In this document: one piece after another, positions 35,701 to 47,714 of the stretch | Layout of the letters: every line of letters begins with the position of its first letter | Numbering within the stretch: the stretch's first letter is position 1 | Source of the DNA: Dicyema japonicum | Lineage: Eukaryota > Animalia > Dicyemida | Direction of reading: 5' to 3' | Assembly (NCBI GenBank): GCA_011109175.1 | Contig: RDEW01000008.1 | Span: forward strand, 880,476 to 944,475 | Length of the DNA stretch: 64,000 nt | The notes under the pieces: model-generated | Seen by the model: the letters and a program-made list of their open reading frames with translations, nothing else | Told to the model about the DNA's origin: nothing | Databases searched by the model: none | Translations under genes and position numbers: made by a program

Positions 35701-36763
35701 AAGCTAGACATTCTTCACAACGGAGGTGACATTTTATAATTGATATTTTCAAAAAAAACTATATAATATATTTTATTTTGTATTATTAATAATTTCATCC
35801 AATACTATGTTTTCAGAAAAAAATATTTTTTTCGTATTTTGAACATTGACCTCGCAACTCTGGCGTGCCACAAATCTGGACTGTTACAATTAATGGTGAA
35901 CCTACCCTTCCATGCTCGAACTAGTCGGTGTCCGGCGGGGACGGTTGTCAACTGTAACGCGCCTCATTGGGCACGGTTTCCGCTTGTACTTTAGTCTTTT
36001 GCGATGTACATTAAGAGTGCTTCATGAGGAGGGTTGTCTGGGCTTTTGGCTTCCCTTAGAATCTTCCTCTGTTTTTCGACGATTCGGTTATCCGTTGAGA
36101 CATAAGCTATCTCCAGTCCTGTCACTTTTGCTGAGGATAATCATATCAGGAAAAGTATATCAATTTGAATTTGTGTAGTGACGCTCATTAAAAGTATTTA
36201 TCACCCATTTAACTAAAAGAAATCGAAAGATAGATATCATTAAAATTTCCACTATCTACGACGGATTTATGCGAGCGGTTGATGACCTCCGCCTACTTGT
36301 TCTGTGTGATGAGGTGATTAATCAATCATAACACATCTTTGGGAGCCATAGAGTGCGATGGTTTTTCACTGCGCCTAGGAATGGTTTTGTGCTAGCCGTT
36401 GCAGAAAGAGCTCAATGGATTACGTAAACTTAAAAAATGTCGATAATAACGTAATTCAATCGATAAACTCAGATAATTTTTGTTTTGTACATTAAGCTAG
36501 TTCAAATTGACACATGAAAGTAATCAGTTAACAACGTTCTCTGATGTTCCGGAGTGTGTCTACGTTAGACTACCAACGACCTGATAGAAGAGGATGATTA
36601 GTTCGATCTGAATAACCCAGAAAGTTAGTAAAAAATTAATAAAAGCCAACCTAAAGCCGAACACTGAGAATGTCGCTGTAAGTCGGAACTAAATTAACGT
36701 ATCGCTGAATCGAAATTTGTGCGTCAAAGTTCAAAATATACGCAAGCAACGTATTTATTAAAG

Positions 36764-37271
36764 ATGAAGAAGTACTGGGCGGATTTTCTGAGTGGTATCA
36801 ATATAAATGATTTTAGCTTACTCTGAAGAACTTGAATCAGAGACAACTACGGAAGTGATCTTGAAAGAGTCCACTGAGGAAATCGAGGACATGCAATTTT
36901 ACCTAGAAAAATGTGATTATAAGAGGAAACTAAGCCAAATTAAACCCGATAGCTTCATAAGCTTGATAGATTCGATTGTTGGGAACTATGATAAAAGATT
37001 TTTTCCAGACTTCTTCGAATATCTTGACTACATAAAAACAGAAGTTGTTGATTTGCAGAAGTTCTTCGACCTCCATAATCTCCACCCACTGATAGAATTA
37101 TATAGCAATTCCTTTGATGACCAGCACTTAGTCAATGAGGCAAATGAATTAATTGGAATTCATAAAAGCAGGGAGATCTTTACGACAGTTCATCAATTCT
37201 GTGACTTTGAAAATTTTTATGATTCTCAGGAAAAAACTGAGATGAGCTCTGAAGCTAAAAGAAAGGCTTAA
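36764..37271 (+). CDS. Orphan acidic protein (161 aa from this ATG; further upstream exons are likely)
   Basis: The 22-nt intron 36795-36816 (GTATCA...TTTTAG) joins MKKYWADFLS in frame to a 151-codon exon. Another 22-nt GT-AG candidate lies at 36624-36645. Confidence 0.65.
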
Positions 37272-37376
37272 TGATGTATGCTATTTAAATTTAATATTTA
37301 ATCAATAAATAAATTTTATTTTTTTTATAAATCAATAATAATTTAAAAGTTCTCATTCCTACGATGTTATGGAGTT

Positions 37377-37667
37377 GTTAAAAGGGATCTTCCTACTTTT
37401 CTCCCTGGCCTAACCCTCTGATGAAGATTGCATTATGAAAATTATTCCGCTAAAGAATGAAGTGATGTCCGCGACGGTAGGACGTGGGACAAAAATGAAA
37501 GAGGGCGGACCTACTTCTCCACCTCTCTTCGGAAGGCTGTAATGAAGTATTGAAAGATGGATTTGGTCGGCACAAGCAGATGTTCTTTCTTTGGATCATC
37601 CTTGGATTAGTTAGTTATGACTATTTGTGTTGAACTTACAATGGTAAGCCTGGGGTTAATAATAATA
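37377..37667 (+). mobile_element. SINE-D 5'-truncated copy with a 13-bp TSD
   Basis: TSD ATGTTATGGAGTT at 37364-37376 and 37668-37680; tail GGGGTT(AAT)n. Aligns along its length with 39560-39820 on the minus strand. Confidence 0.85.
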
Positions 37668-38364
37668 ATGTTATGGAGTTACACTTTCTCTGCTCAGGGA
37701 CTTTTATAAGAAGTCACTGACAACTTTGCCACCAATAATGAACATCGATCTAAAACATTATAAGACGCAGATGATATAGACAGCCTACGAAAATTTGCAA
37801 TCTCCAGAAGAGAGTGGAGGAGTCAAACAGACCTGTCGATGTACAATCGACGGGAAGGAGATAACTTTCTTATTGCGAATGTGCATAATAATAAGTTCAC
37901 ATTCTTAGAGCCATCGTAAGAAACGAAGTCGAGTGTGATTTTTAACATGAATCTTCTATTTATTTACATAACCACAAGAATTACCGAGAAAGAAAGTAAT
38001 CGAACAGATTAGATGATCTCGCTTCCCTATCACTTTCGCCATTTTCATCCTGTTCTCATCAAGGGACCTCTCCTTTTCCGGAAGTGTCTGCGCTTGTGCG
38101 TATGCGGGAAGTCGATGGGAGAAGGATATCTCAGGAAAGATTTACCATTTAAGATCTTGACACGTTTGAATATAGTGGATTCCCTTGTTCTTTGCAGAAC
38201 TGGAGGAATCCGCGGCCATTCCTTCATATTGACGACTCAGACAATAAGTAACGAGGGTATGGTCCGTTCGAGTCTGTAAAAGGCGTAGAATATTCTCATG
38301 TGGACTACTACAACTAGATAAGAGTACCCAGTTTCCACTGTTACGGAAACAGAGTCCTTTAATT

Positions 38365-39558
38365 TAAATTGCGCATGTCTAAATGAAGTCTTGTGACTGC
38401 ATATCTTAAAGTTCGATCGCATCGAGAAAATTATATTGCCTTTGGTTTCACATGGACTGGGGACATGGATTCCCTCTACCACTGTGCTGTGTGTAGTGAA
38501 AAACTTGCGAATAGTGCTATGGCTCCAACGAAACTTAGACGTCATTTTTCCACCAAGCACCCTGAACTTTCAAAGAATAAAAATAATATTTTATGCGGAA
38601 ATTAAACCAGAATAAAGTTCAAGCATCCTGTTTTACAAAAAATCAAAATAAACGAAAAAGCACTGCATGCTAGTTTTTCTGTTGCTGAGATTGCATCTAA
38701 AAAGTATGAAATCGCATACTCTCGCCAAACTGTTATTTTGCCTGCATGCAAAGAAGTAGTGAAAATAATGTTCAGAGAAATTGCTGCCTCTGAGATCGAC
38801 TTAATTCCTATTTCTAATAATTATGTGAGCAGAATCAAGGATATGTCTGATGACATTGAAACCACTTTGGTTCAGCGAATAAAAATCTGTGTTTTTTACG
38901 GTTCAAGTGGATGAAAGCTCAGATATTACAGGAAGAATGCAACTCTTTGTTTTCGTTCGATATTTGAACGATGAATCTATTGTTGAGGATTTTCTTTGCT
39001 GCAAATAGTTGATCGGAACAACAAAGGGACATGACATTTTCAATCTTATAAATTCATATTTTGAGGATATAAAGTTGGATTGGAATGCATGTGTGGGTAT
39101 CTGCACTGAAGGTGCTCCATCAATGACTGAGCAATTTAAAAACTGTTTCTTTGTCAAAAACAAGAATCCGAACATTTTTCATTTATTTTCCATCCATATC
39201 AGTTGAACTCAATGATTAAGTGAGGAATTCTTTTGCTGAGTACGAAATAACTGGAAACGAGCTATCACTAAAAGAGGAAGAACTTGCGTTTGTTTCAAGT
39301 GACAGAACGTTAAAAATGGAAAATTTGCAGAATGATATTGATTTGTTTTGGCTGATTGTAGAAGACCTGCGTTTATCTCTGTCAAGGACATACTACAGAG
39401 CTATGGTAGAGACATCAGCCTCAACCATCTCTCTCAGTAGCATTTTATTTTTTTAAATTAGTAAAATACTGATAATTCTTAAAAACTATATAAGGGTTAC
39501 GTGTAAAATAAAAAATGTCGATAGGGTTCCGTGCTCTCAAAAAGGTTGGGAACCACTA
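38365..39558 (+). mobile_element. hAT (Buster-type) defective copy lacking its left end
   Basis: BED finger, QVDESSDITG and CVGICTEGAPSM motifs. Right TIR AGGTTGGGAACCACT. Same family as 14347-15264. Confidence 0.88.
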
Positions 39559-39559
39559 T

Positions 39560-39939
39560 TCTAACCCAACAATATTCTACCATAAGGTAAATTCAAATAG
39601 TCATTCAGGAAGGAACCTAAGGGAGAATATTTGCTTTTACCGACTAAACACATCTTTCAATAGTACATTATAGGCTTCTGCTTCAGAAGAGAAGTAGGTC
39701 TGCATTCTTCCATCGTCATCACAAGTCTACTATCGCGGAATCGATTCATTCTTAAGCGGCATAGTTTTAATAATATAATCTTACTAGATGATGTAGTCAG
39801 GGAGAAGGTAGGAAGATCCCTTTCTACTACTGTGTCATGTCAGAAAGACTCGTCGCCTAACGTTGGATATGTTCGACAAGATTCGAACCCACGATCTACA
39901 GATCTGATGGCATCAGACGTTACGTTCAGCTAGAAGGCC
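39560..39939 (-). mobile_element. SINE-D full-length (tRNA-like head plus ~300-bp body)
   Basis: Head has TAGCTGAAC (A-box-like) and GGTTCGAATC (B box). The body AAAGGGATCTTCCTACCTTCTCCCTG... matches 37377. Confidence 0.7.
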
Positions 39940-40515
39940 AATAAGGAAATAGACATTATTAGAGAGGGGTCAACCACTCATCCAAAAAAATTATAGTTAG
40001 ATTTATTAATTAATGTAAGATTTTGACTAATTTTGATTAATTTAATACCTATTTATTATTAAAAATTGTTGTACAATATGGCGAACCTTTTAATACATTT
40101 ATATATTATTAGGCGTGTGTTACCACGTTGTTGTGGTGCTTCGTTGTGTTATGCTTAGTCTATATTATTTTTGTATTGTCATACATTTTCTTCTTTAATA
40201 TATTATTGGATTCATCAAATAGAGTTGAAGGCTGTTATCAAAACGTCTAATATATATTTTGTATTTTGGTATCCCTTAAATATGGATTATTCTTCACTAT
40301 TTGATTTGTCCCTATTTATATTCTCTCCTCTATATTTCTTTTTCTCTCCAGTCAATAATTCATCTAGCTGTCCCAATTCACTGAAAATCTTAATTTTTTA
40401 ATTGCTTCTCGTGTTAATTCCACACCAACCATATTTTATGTCACCGTCCGTTGAAGGTACTCTTGACTAATTCTGTTCTCTGATCCATAAAATTTCTTCT
40501 AATTTGTTGGCCACC

Positions 40516-40790
40516 TCTCTTCCACTTTTATTAAGTATATTTCTTGTGAATGCATATTTTGATAATATGTCTACTACCTTTTTGTCCTTTTTTAGACTAT
40601 CCAGTCCCGCAATGAATGTCCACTGATGACGGCGTCACTCGTCAAACATTTTTTTGCCCCGTAGATGCGTGGAACCTTCCTCTAGGTGAAGAGCATTCCT
40701 CCCTTGATTAACTATTATAACTGTTTTTTGCTTAAAATAAAGTGTGTTTTCTGTCTTTGGGGAGCGATAACTGATATGGATAAATAATAA
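40516..40790. mobile_element. SINE-A copy with an inverted body (40516-40695, minus) joined to a sense tail (40696-40790)
   Basis: Reverse-complement match to the SINE-A body, followed directly by a plus-strand TTATAACTGTTTTTTGCTTAAAATAAAGTGTGT tail. Confidence 0.7.
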
Positions 40791-42949
40791 ACTTCTAACC
40801 TTTTAAGACCAATCAGATCAATTTGGAATCTCACATTAAGCAAATCAGCCAACAAAATATATACAATTTTTTACAACTTTACGAAAAAGTTAAATTCTTT
40901 TAAATTTGTAATAAATAAAAATTTAGTCAAAAATAACTTTGATAGAATCGAAAATGTTTTATATTTATAGCAGCATTTCTTGTTTTTTGCTCATGATCAT
41001 ATTGGCAAAAATGATTTTGAAATTTATTTCCAAAGACCACAGTTAAAGACAAAAAGAAATTATGTGATCCCGTCGAATTTCAACAAAGATGTCAGCTTGG
41101 CCTGGTGGTATTACCTAGATCCAACACAAGCAGGCAGTGGACAATCATTTATTCACTTTTTCAGTAATAAATTGTTCGATTAACACGAAAAAAAGCCAAT
41201 TGTCTGAAGAACAATGGAGCACTGATCTCAGCATTAAAAGGGCTTTCAGGAACTTGAAGTTGAGTTGAAGCACCGTTTATAGTGTCCAAAAGTGTTTTTA
41301 CAAATTTTAATTTCGTTGGACAGGGATATGACGTTGTTAAGATGTTTATTAAATGTCACGAGTGGAAGTAGTGATAACAGTAACATGAAAGAGTTTGTGG
41401 AGGGGATTAGATCTCAATTAAAGGTTGAGGCGTGCAGAGTTTGTTACTTGAAGTAAATATCACTGTGCAAGACTTTCATGGGTTGTGTACAATAGGTTCT
41501 CTAAGCAAACTTCTCAGGTGGTCTAGTAAATCTTGTGAGCGGGAACCCAAGCAAGAGAAGTTTTTCGAGAATAGACAACCTAGGGTAAATTTATTATCAG
41601 ACTAATTAATTTTCGATTTATGTATACAATTAAAGAGAAGGAAAGTGGCCAAGTAGCTAAAGAGTCAATTGTAGCACCATTCTTAATGCTGATCTCCATA
41701 TAAAGGAAACAGTTGTCAGGGTCCCATATAAAGGCTGAAGGGTCAATTGGTGACATTGTTCCATTTTAGACTGTTGTCCATATAAAAGAAATGACTTCAG
41801 GGTCCCATAAAAGTAAAAGAGAAAATACTTTTTTAATAAAAAATAAAATAATTTTTATTTTTATCTTCAAATTGGATTTCTACACGATATATGACAATTT
41901 GCTCTTTTTTATTCCTAAATGAATTACTTTTCTTTAATTTAACGTTCATGAAGGGCAGTTTTGATTTAATTGACAAAAATTACTTTATTCACGAATGAAC
42001 TAAATTTTCGAACAATGAGACAGACTAATGTCAAAAAACACCGTGGAAAGTAATATAGAAACAAAACCTATGTGACAAGTGTTTAACTCCAGAGATGGAC
42101 GATCTTGGCCAGCGAAGTCACCTATGGTTAAACCTACGTTGGCGTAGTGCAAGAGAACTAGGGGAACAGTCGCCTAACCTCTCTGAGAGAGTGTCAAGCT
42201 AGTTGATATCATAGCTGAAGGAAATATGCACAATATCGAAAATGAATTCAGAGGAAGTGGTGGCCCTTGCCATGGAGGGATCATCCCCGAAAGTTTGCTA
42301 ATCAGAAGATTAAAAATAGTGTCTTAGTTATAAAACAGGAATTCTAATTCGATTTGGCCAAGAGAGATTGCGTCTGGAGCGCTTGTTCGAAACCTGTAGA
42401 TTTGAATTTCTTAGAGCGGAAGATCCAAACCGTTTCTTCCATAATGGCGGTGACAAACTAGGAGTTTTCGTTGTTTTTTGTTACTTACGAATGTGTGGAT
42501 ATGCCTAGAACCGTATCTCAGAGATAATCGAGGGGATTGTTTCAAAATATTATGAAACATGTAGAAGATACTAATTTCTTGTTATCCCAGCAATGGGGTT
42601 TCGTTCGAAGGCCCTGTGCATACTGTTTCTACCAATTGAATTTAGAGATTGTGAAGGTTAACTATGGAATCCTGTTCTATGCAAGCTACACGTCTATAAG
42701 GATACATTTCTATTCATCTTACGGAATAATTCTACTCAATTTAATTTATGGAAACGGGGGGTGGTATTTCATCTTCGAAGAAGGATAGAATAATGTCTCT
42801 ATTGGAGAAAACAAGAAGAGTTGCCATAGAGAGGTTATACGATGATCTATGTGAGGAAGAGGATAAACTGATTAATTGCGTGGTGGAAGAAAGGATCAAT
42901 GGTTTCATGACAAGAACCAATATCCAGCACTTTAAAGTAAAGGAAAAGT

Positions 42950-43110
42950 AAGTCAAGATAACTAGAATTTTGGACATTCGTAGTACAGTTGATAGAGTCG
43001 TTGTACATTCTTGATAGATGACCCGTGCCTGAGGTCCAAGGTGTTTGAGGTGAATAGTGCAAATACCGTCGGGACCACAAGTACGAGTGGGACGTAGCAA
43101 TTTAATAGCC
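42950..43110 (-). mobile_element. LINE RT N-terminal fragment
   Basis: CGPDGICTIHLKHLGP matches the xPGPDGI...LKHL motif. Confidence 0.55.
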
Positions 43111-43565
43111 TTGCCAACTCTCTAGAAAATGAGGGGAATCTATGGAGAATGAGATCGTCTCCGTTTTTACCAATTCTGTTGGATCTTCGAGGACCCCGAA
43201 CGAGAGCCAGAATTCGGAAAGCCGGGATACTTAGTTAGTAGTTAACTTTTAACTTTTTCTAATCCGGTGATCTTGGGATAAAAAAATAAAAAGCTCTTGG
43301 AAACAATGTCTGATCCTTTTCCACAATATAAAAACAATTTGTCGGGTTTGCATTGACATATGCGAGTGCTACGTGGTCAATGGTTATTTCCCGTACCTTA
43401 GTTAATATATTAACCAAAATCGATGAAACTTAAACAGAACAATCGTATCTAATTACGAGTCTATGACCCTTGAAGTATCAACATAAACGAAAATATATAT
43501 CACGGTTAGAATAATATGCTGCTCCATTTACGAGATTTTTTTTTCAAATACTTCAGAAATCACCC

Positions 43566-43888
43566 AGCCGGATGGCATTGTGGTTAGGTGTCGGGCTAAA
43601 GTGACTTAGGTTACGGGTTCGATTCTCGCTGCTGTTCACCTGGTGGAAGGTTCCACGCATCTACGATGCTAAAAGGCTTGACGAGTGATCTGTCATCAGT
43701 GGACTCTCACTGCGGAACTGGATTGTCAAAAAAGGACCCACACACAAGAAAAAGAAAATATAAGTGAAGATCATTCCTTGGTTCTACGAATAGTTAAAAT
43801 TAACTGTTCTTTACTTAAATAAGTGTGTGTCCTGCCTATGCGGAGCTAATACCACGGCTCCTTGAAAAAGGCTGTTTTTATTATTCAA
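43566..43888 (+). mobile_element. SINE-A full-length copy
   Basis: Aligns end to end with 35382-35700. TSD AAATCACCC at 43557-43565 and 43889-43897. Confidence 0.9.
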
Positions 43889-44329
43889 AAATCACCCGTG
43901 ATTCGAAAGGACTTATGGACAGCGGTTCAAGAAATCAAAATAGTGAGACTATCCCATGTTGTTGAAATGAATAAGATTTTTTAATCTATCGGATAGTTTC
44001 CTAAACTTAACACAGATAAATTTTCATAGAACACTAAAAATTTATCTTTTAACCTCCAATTCATCATACTGTAATGAGTATGATCTACAATTTATTCTTA
44101 ATAGTGAAAATTAGGTCACTGTTGAAGTGATATACCTGTACTTTTCTATTATTATGTTTTCTGGCGACTCCTAATACGTCATTCTGTAACATCAAGAAAT
44201 AGAATTGAGCTCACATTTGTCCCCCTTTATTTGGATACCATGAATAATCTTATTCTGAACTAAAAATATTTATGTCACCATCAGAACACAGAACTATTTG
44301 TAAGGACTTGTCAATTAACGACTACGCAA

Positions 44330-44900
44330 ATCAGAAATCGCAATTAATAGAGGAGAAAGAGTCACTTGCAATTCTGATATCATTGATGTCCTAGAAAACA
44401 AAATCCAGGTCATCCGCATATATTAATTCTTAGATTGAAGTGGAAAATTTTAAGCTCTCAAAAACTTATAGAATCCAATAGAAATACAAGAAGATATATC
44501 TGGAGTGCAGTTAGGTCGCTGGGAAGAATTCGAAGAGTATTCGAGAGATGTTGGAGGCTGGGATCACCAAATCATCGAGTTAACACTTTCTTGGTAGTCT
44601 AGGGTTTTAAATAAATAATTAAATCTTCAAAGGATACTAACCTGATCTCTCTTGGACCTTGACCCTGAAGAACATAATCGTGTACGGGGATTTCAATGAC
44701 AGGAATCCAGTATAATCTATCGATGGTAAATTGTATAAACGAGGAGAGATGTCTCGTCAGAGATTTAAATCCTAGTCCTCCTAAGTGACCCTCTCCAAAA
44801 GGTATGCACAGTTTTAAGAAAAAACGAATCTAACACCACTCCCAGATATCTCCATTTGCTCTCCGAACATCTTTCTCTAGATTTCCTGGTCGGTGGTGTA
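44330..44900 (-). mobile_element. LINE RT remnants
   Basis: YADDL (reverse complement of CAGGTCATCCGCATA near 44410) and RYLGVVLDS near 44850. Confidence 0.5.
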
Positions 44901-45197
44901 TAATTTTACTTCAGACCACAACCCAATATTATGGTAGGTCGAAGATTCAATCGAAGTTGAATAAAAAAAAACCTTTATTAATTACAAACGCTGATTGTGA
45001 TCAAAATTCAAACAAGAATTTAAATGATGCTTTTTAGACATTTCAGTCAAAAATTTACACTCGGTTGGTTCCACAATGAATATCTCATTATTAGAGCGAT
45101 TTTAGTCAAGATTAACAAGACCAAAGAATACACTAATTTACTCACTAAAGGCGATAGCTAAATTTTTAAGAATTTCTAATCCTTATTATAAATTACA

Positions 45198-45365
45198 TTG
45201 TGGTGGTACGTTACTGATATGGACATCATGCCCTTTCTTGTCGAGGAGGTGCAGGACGATATCCACACATGAGGCAATCAACGGAATTGTTAAACGTGCA
45301 CCTGAGTCTGTTGGAAATCCTCGATACTTGAACCGGCTGGCTTGGACAGAGGAGATGTATCAACG
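45198..45365 (+). mobile_element. CRE zinc-knuckle fragment
   Basis: CGG...GHHALSCR.GAGRYP.HEAINGIVKRA...LEPAGLDRGD. Confidence 0.7.
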
Positions 45366-46139
45366 AGGAGCTATTAATCCCTCAGAATCGATTTTTGATA
45401 TACAGATTTTGATTCTTTTCTAGTCGATTTCCTGAAACAAAATCAACAATATATGATATTTTTTTAGTTAGAAATTAAATATTTAAATAATAATTATTTT
45501 AAATAATTTAAATAATATAGCGTGGAACTTTTAGGTGGGACCTGATAAAAAGTAAGTAAATATAAAGAGAATTAATTGTCAGTTTGTTTCATTTAAATTG
45601 CAAGGGATCCAATCAAAACCCCGGTATTTTGCAATATGGGATGGATTATTCTATCTAGTTTGAAGATATTTCTCTTATTTTAGAACACGTAAAAGAAAAG
45701 CATCGGCATTTACTGCGGAAGGATATTGAATTTTTTAAAAAATTAAAGCAAAACTAATAAGGGTAAATGTAACTTCATTAGTAATTACCTACTGATTCTA
45801 AAAATTATTAAGGTTTTTTTATATTCATAAAGTGCAAAAAGTGTCACTTATAACGTTTTTTTATTTTAATTATTTAGGTAATCCTAGTTCTATGTTCAGA
45901 TTATTGTAATTCCCTCTGTATAGTTGTTGATACAACATATCCTGAATTAATAGCTATTCTTCCCCCTATAGCCATGATTATCCATGTATGAAAACCCTAA
46001 ACAAAAGTAAAATTATTATAACAACAAGTCTTTCTGTACGAAGTTTTAGAAAACACTGGACTACCTATATGGATTAATACGTTTATAAAAAACTTATAAA
46101 ATGTGGACACTCCAACTTAAATTTAATGGAAATTTGGTC

Positions 46140-47230
46140 GGTGTGGTGAATCTAAGAAGGGGAATATTACAAGGAGATTTCTATCATTGAATTGAACCAG
46201 ATGAGTTTGAGGCAATTGGCAAGTGTATACGTAGTGAACTTATAAATGGTCGGATTCACTTAACCAGCAAATAAAGAAAGATTGTAATTACAGCGAGATT
46301 TTCTTGGGAAAGGATTGACTTCTGTTGTATATAAAAGTGAACGAATACTACATTTTTACAATGACCTGGAACACAAAGCCAACAAATGTATGAGGAGAGC
46401 GGGAACCTACGGACCTTGAATGCAAAGAAAAATCATATGGCTACAATCGTAGGATTCCTAGCTGGAAATTATCGCTTAGAGACAAGGGACTTTAATATAA
46501 AACAGCTGAAGGATGCACAACAAATGGAGCCATTAGAAAAGATAAAAAGAAAACCTCTACATGCTATGATGTTCAATTCAACAGAAGATCAAAATGTTGA
46601 TATTAAACAATCTGGCCAATGGTTAGTTACGGGGAACTACTCTCAAGGACGGAGGGATGCGATGTTATGTCCAGGATCGTAATGTTTTCTTTGAGGAGAG
46701 GTGCAAAAGCAGCCATTGCAATTCAGCAAAAAAACAGTGGATCATCTGGCGACAGGATGTAGATGAATGCTCAATAGTGACTATCTACGTCATCATAATG
46801 AGGTCGTAAGGTGCATACACTTACACCTGTGCAAGCAATATGGAATAAAGAAATCGAAAAGACTAAAGACTAATTCAATATTAACAACGGGTGTAACTGA
46901 ATTCGTGGAAATTCGCGTTGATATAACAATAGCTACTGATGCGAGAATTTATAACAACAAGCGGATATTTTCGTATATGACAAATTAAGAATACACTAAC
47001 GCTAATAGAAGTGGGAATAACCTCCTAGGAATCTTTGAAACATGTCGAAGTAGAGAAAGACGCAAGTGAGCTGGGGATAATACACAAAGTGAAAATGCAT
47101 GTGGTCCCAGTAGTCCTTGCTTGGGATGGAGTCGTGAGCAATTACTATAAACACACTTGAGGCATCTAAAATTGGAATGCTTTGTAGGAACCAACATGCA
47201 GACAGTAACGATCAAAAAAACGATGGAAAG
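46140..47230 (+). mobile_element. R4/Dong-like RLE-type non-LTR retrotransposon remnant
   Basis: RRGILQGD, QDRNVFF, TVDHLATGC..ML..DYLRHHNEVVRCIH, DIFVYDK..LIEVGIT, VPVVLAWDGVV. Confidence 0.8.
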
Positions 47231-47714
47231 CGTTTTGGGCGGTCACGATTGCATGTCGAAGTACTTGTCGAAATGATAATCCTTGATAATTCCTAATATT
47301 TTGGAGTAAATTACACCAATTGTTATCCAACCACTGAAAGTGTACAAATCAATGCATAATAATTGACATTCTCTTCTATAATTCTTAATCGCATTTTAAT
47401 ACTCTTTTTGTAGAAAATAGTGGTACCTGTACCAGCTATGGCACAGGAACGCTATGAAATATTAACCTAATTATTACCCGGAAATTAAAATTCCAGTATT
47501 TTTCATCTTCGTTTCATTAATAATAAATACATCCATTAACATTGCTGGTAAAGGCTACCAGCTCCGCCCGCTTCCTAAGAGAGCGGGCATTAACCAGAGT
47601 AATTCTGGTCATATCTGATTTATTTGGTGGCTGTCCTCTCTTCTTAGGAGCGCCACCAGGCCAAGTAAAAACTTGGCATTCTTCTTCGTTTTTGTCATGT
47701 TTTTAATATTTTAG

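Noticed and set aside
36599-36601. In-frame TAG suggesting stop-codon reassignment
   Set aside because: It is explained by a 38-nt GT-AG intron ending at this AG. Other genes here end in TGA, TAA or TAG, and 14-3-3 has no internal stops.
37415-37445. CTGATGA...GAAA in SINE-D
   Set aside because: No stem II pairing, and the motif is not conserved in the 39560 copy (CTAGTAA).
39866-39939. Possible tRNA gene
   Set aside because: No acceptor stem and a 5-nt anticodon loop. It is contiguous with the SINE-D body, so it is treated as a SINE head.
40600-40630. CTGATGA suggesting a hammerhead ribozyme (antisense SINE-A)
   Set aside because: Stem II is followed by CAAAC rather than GAAAC, and there are no stem I/III partners with an NUH site.
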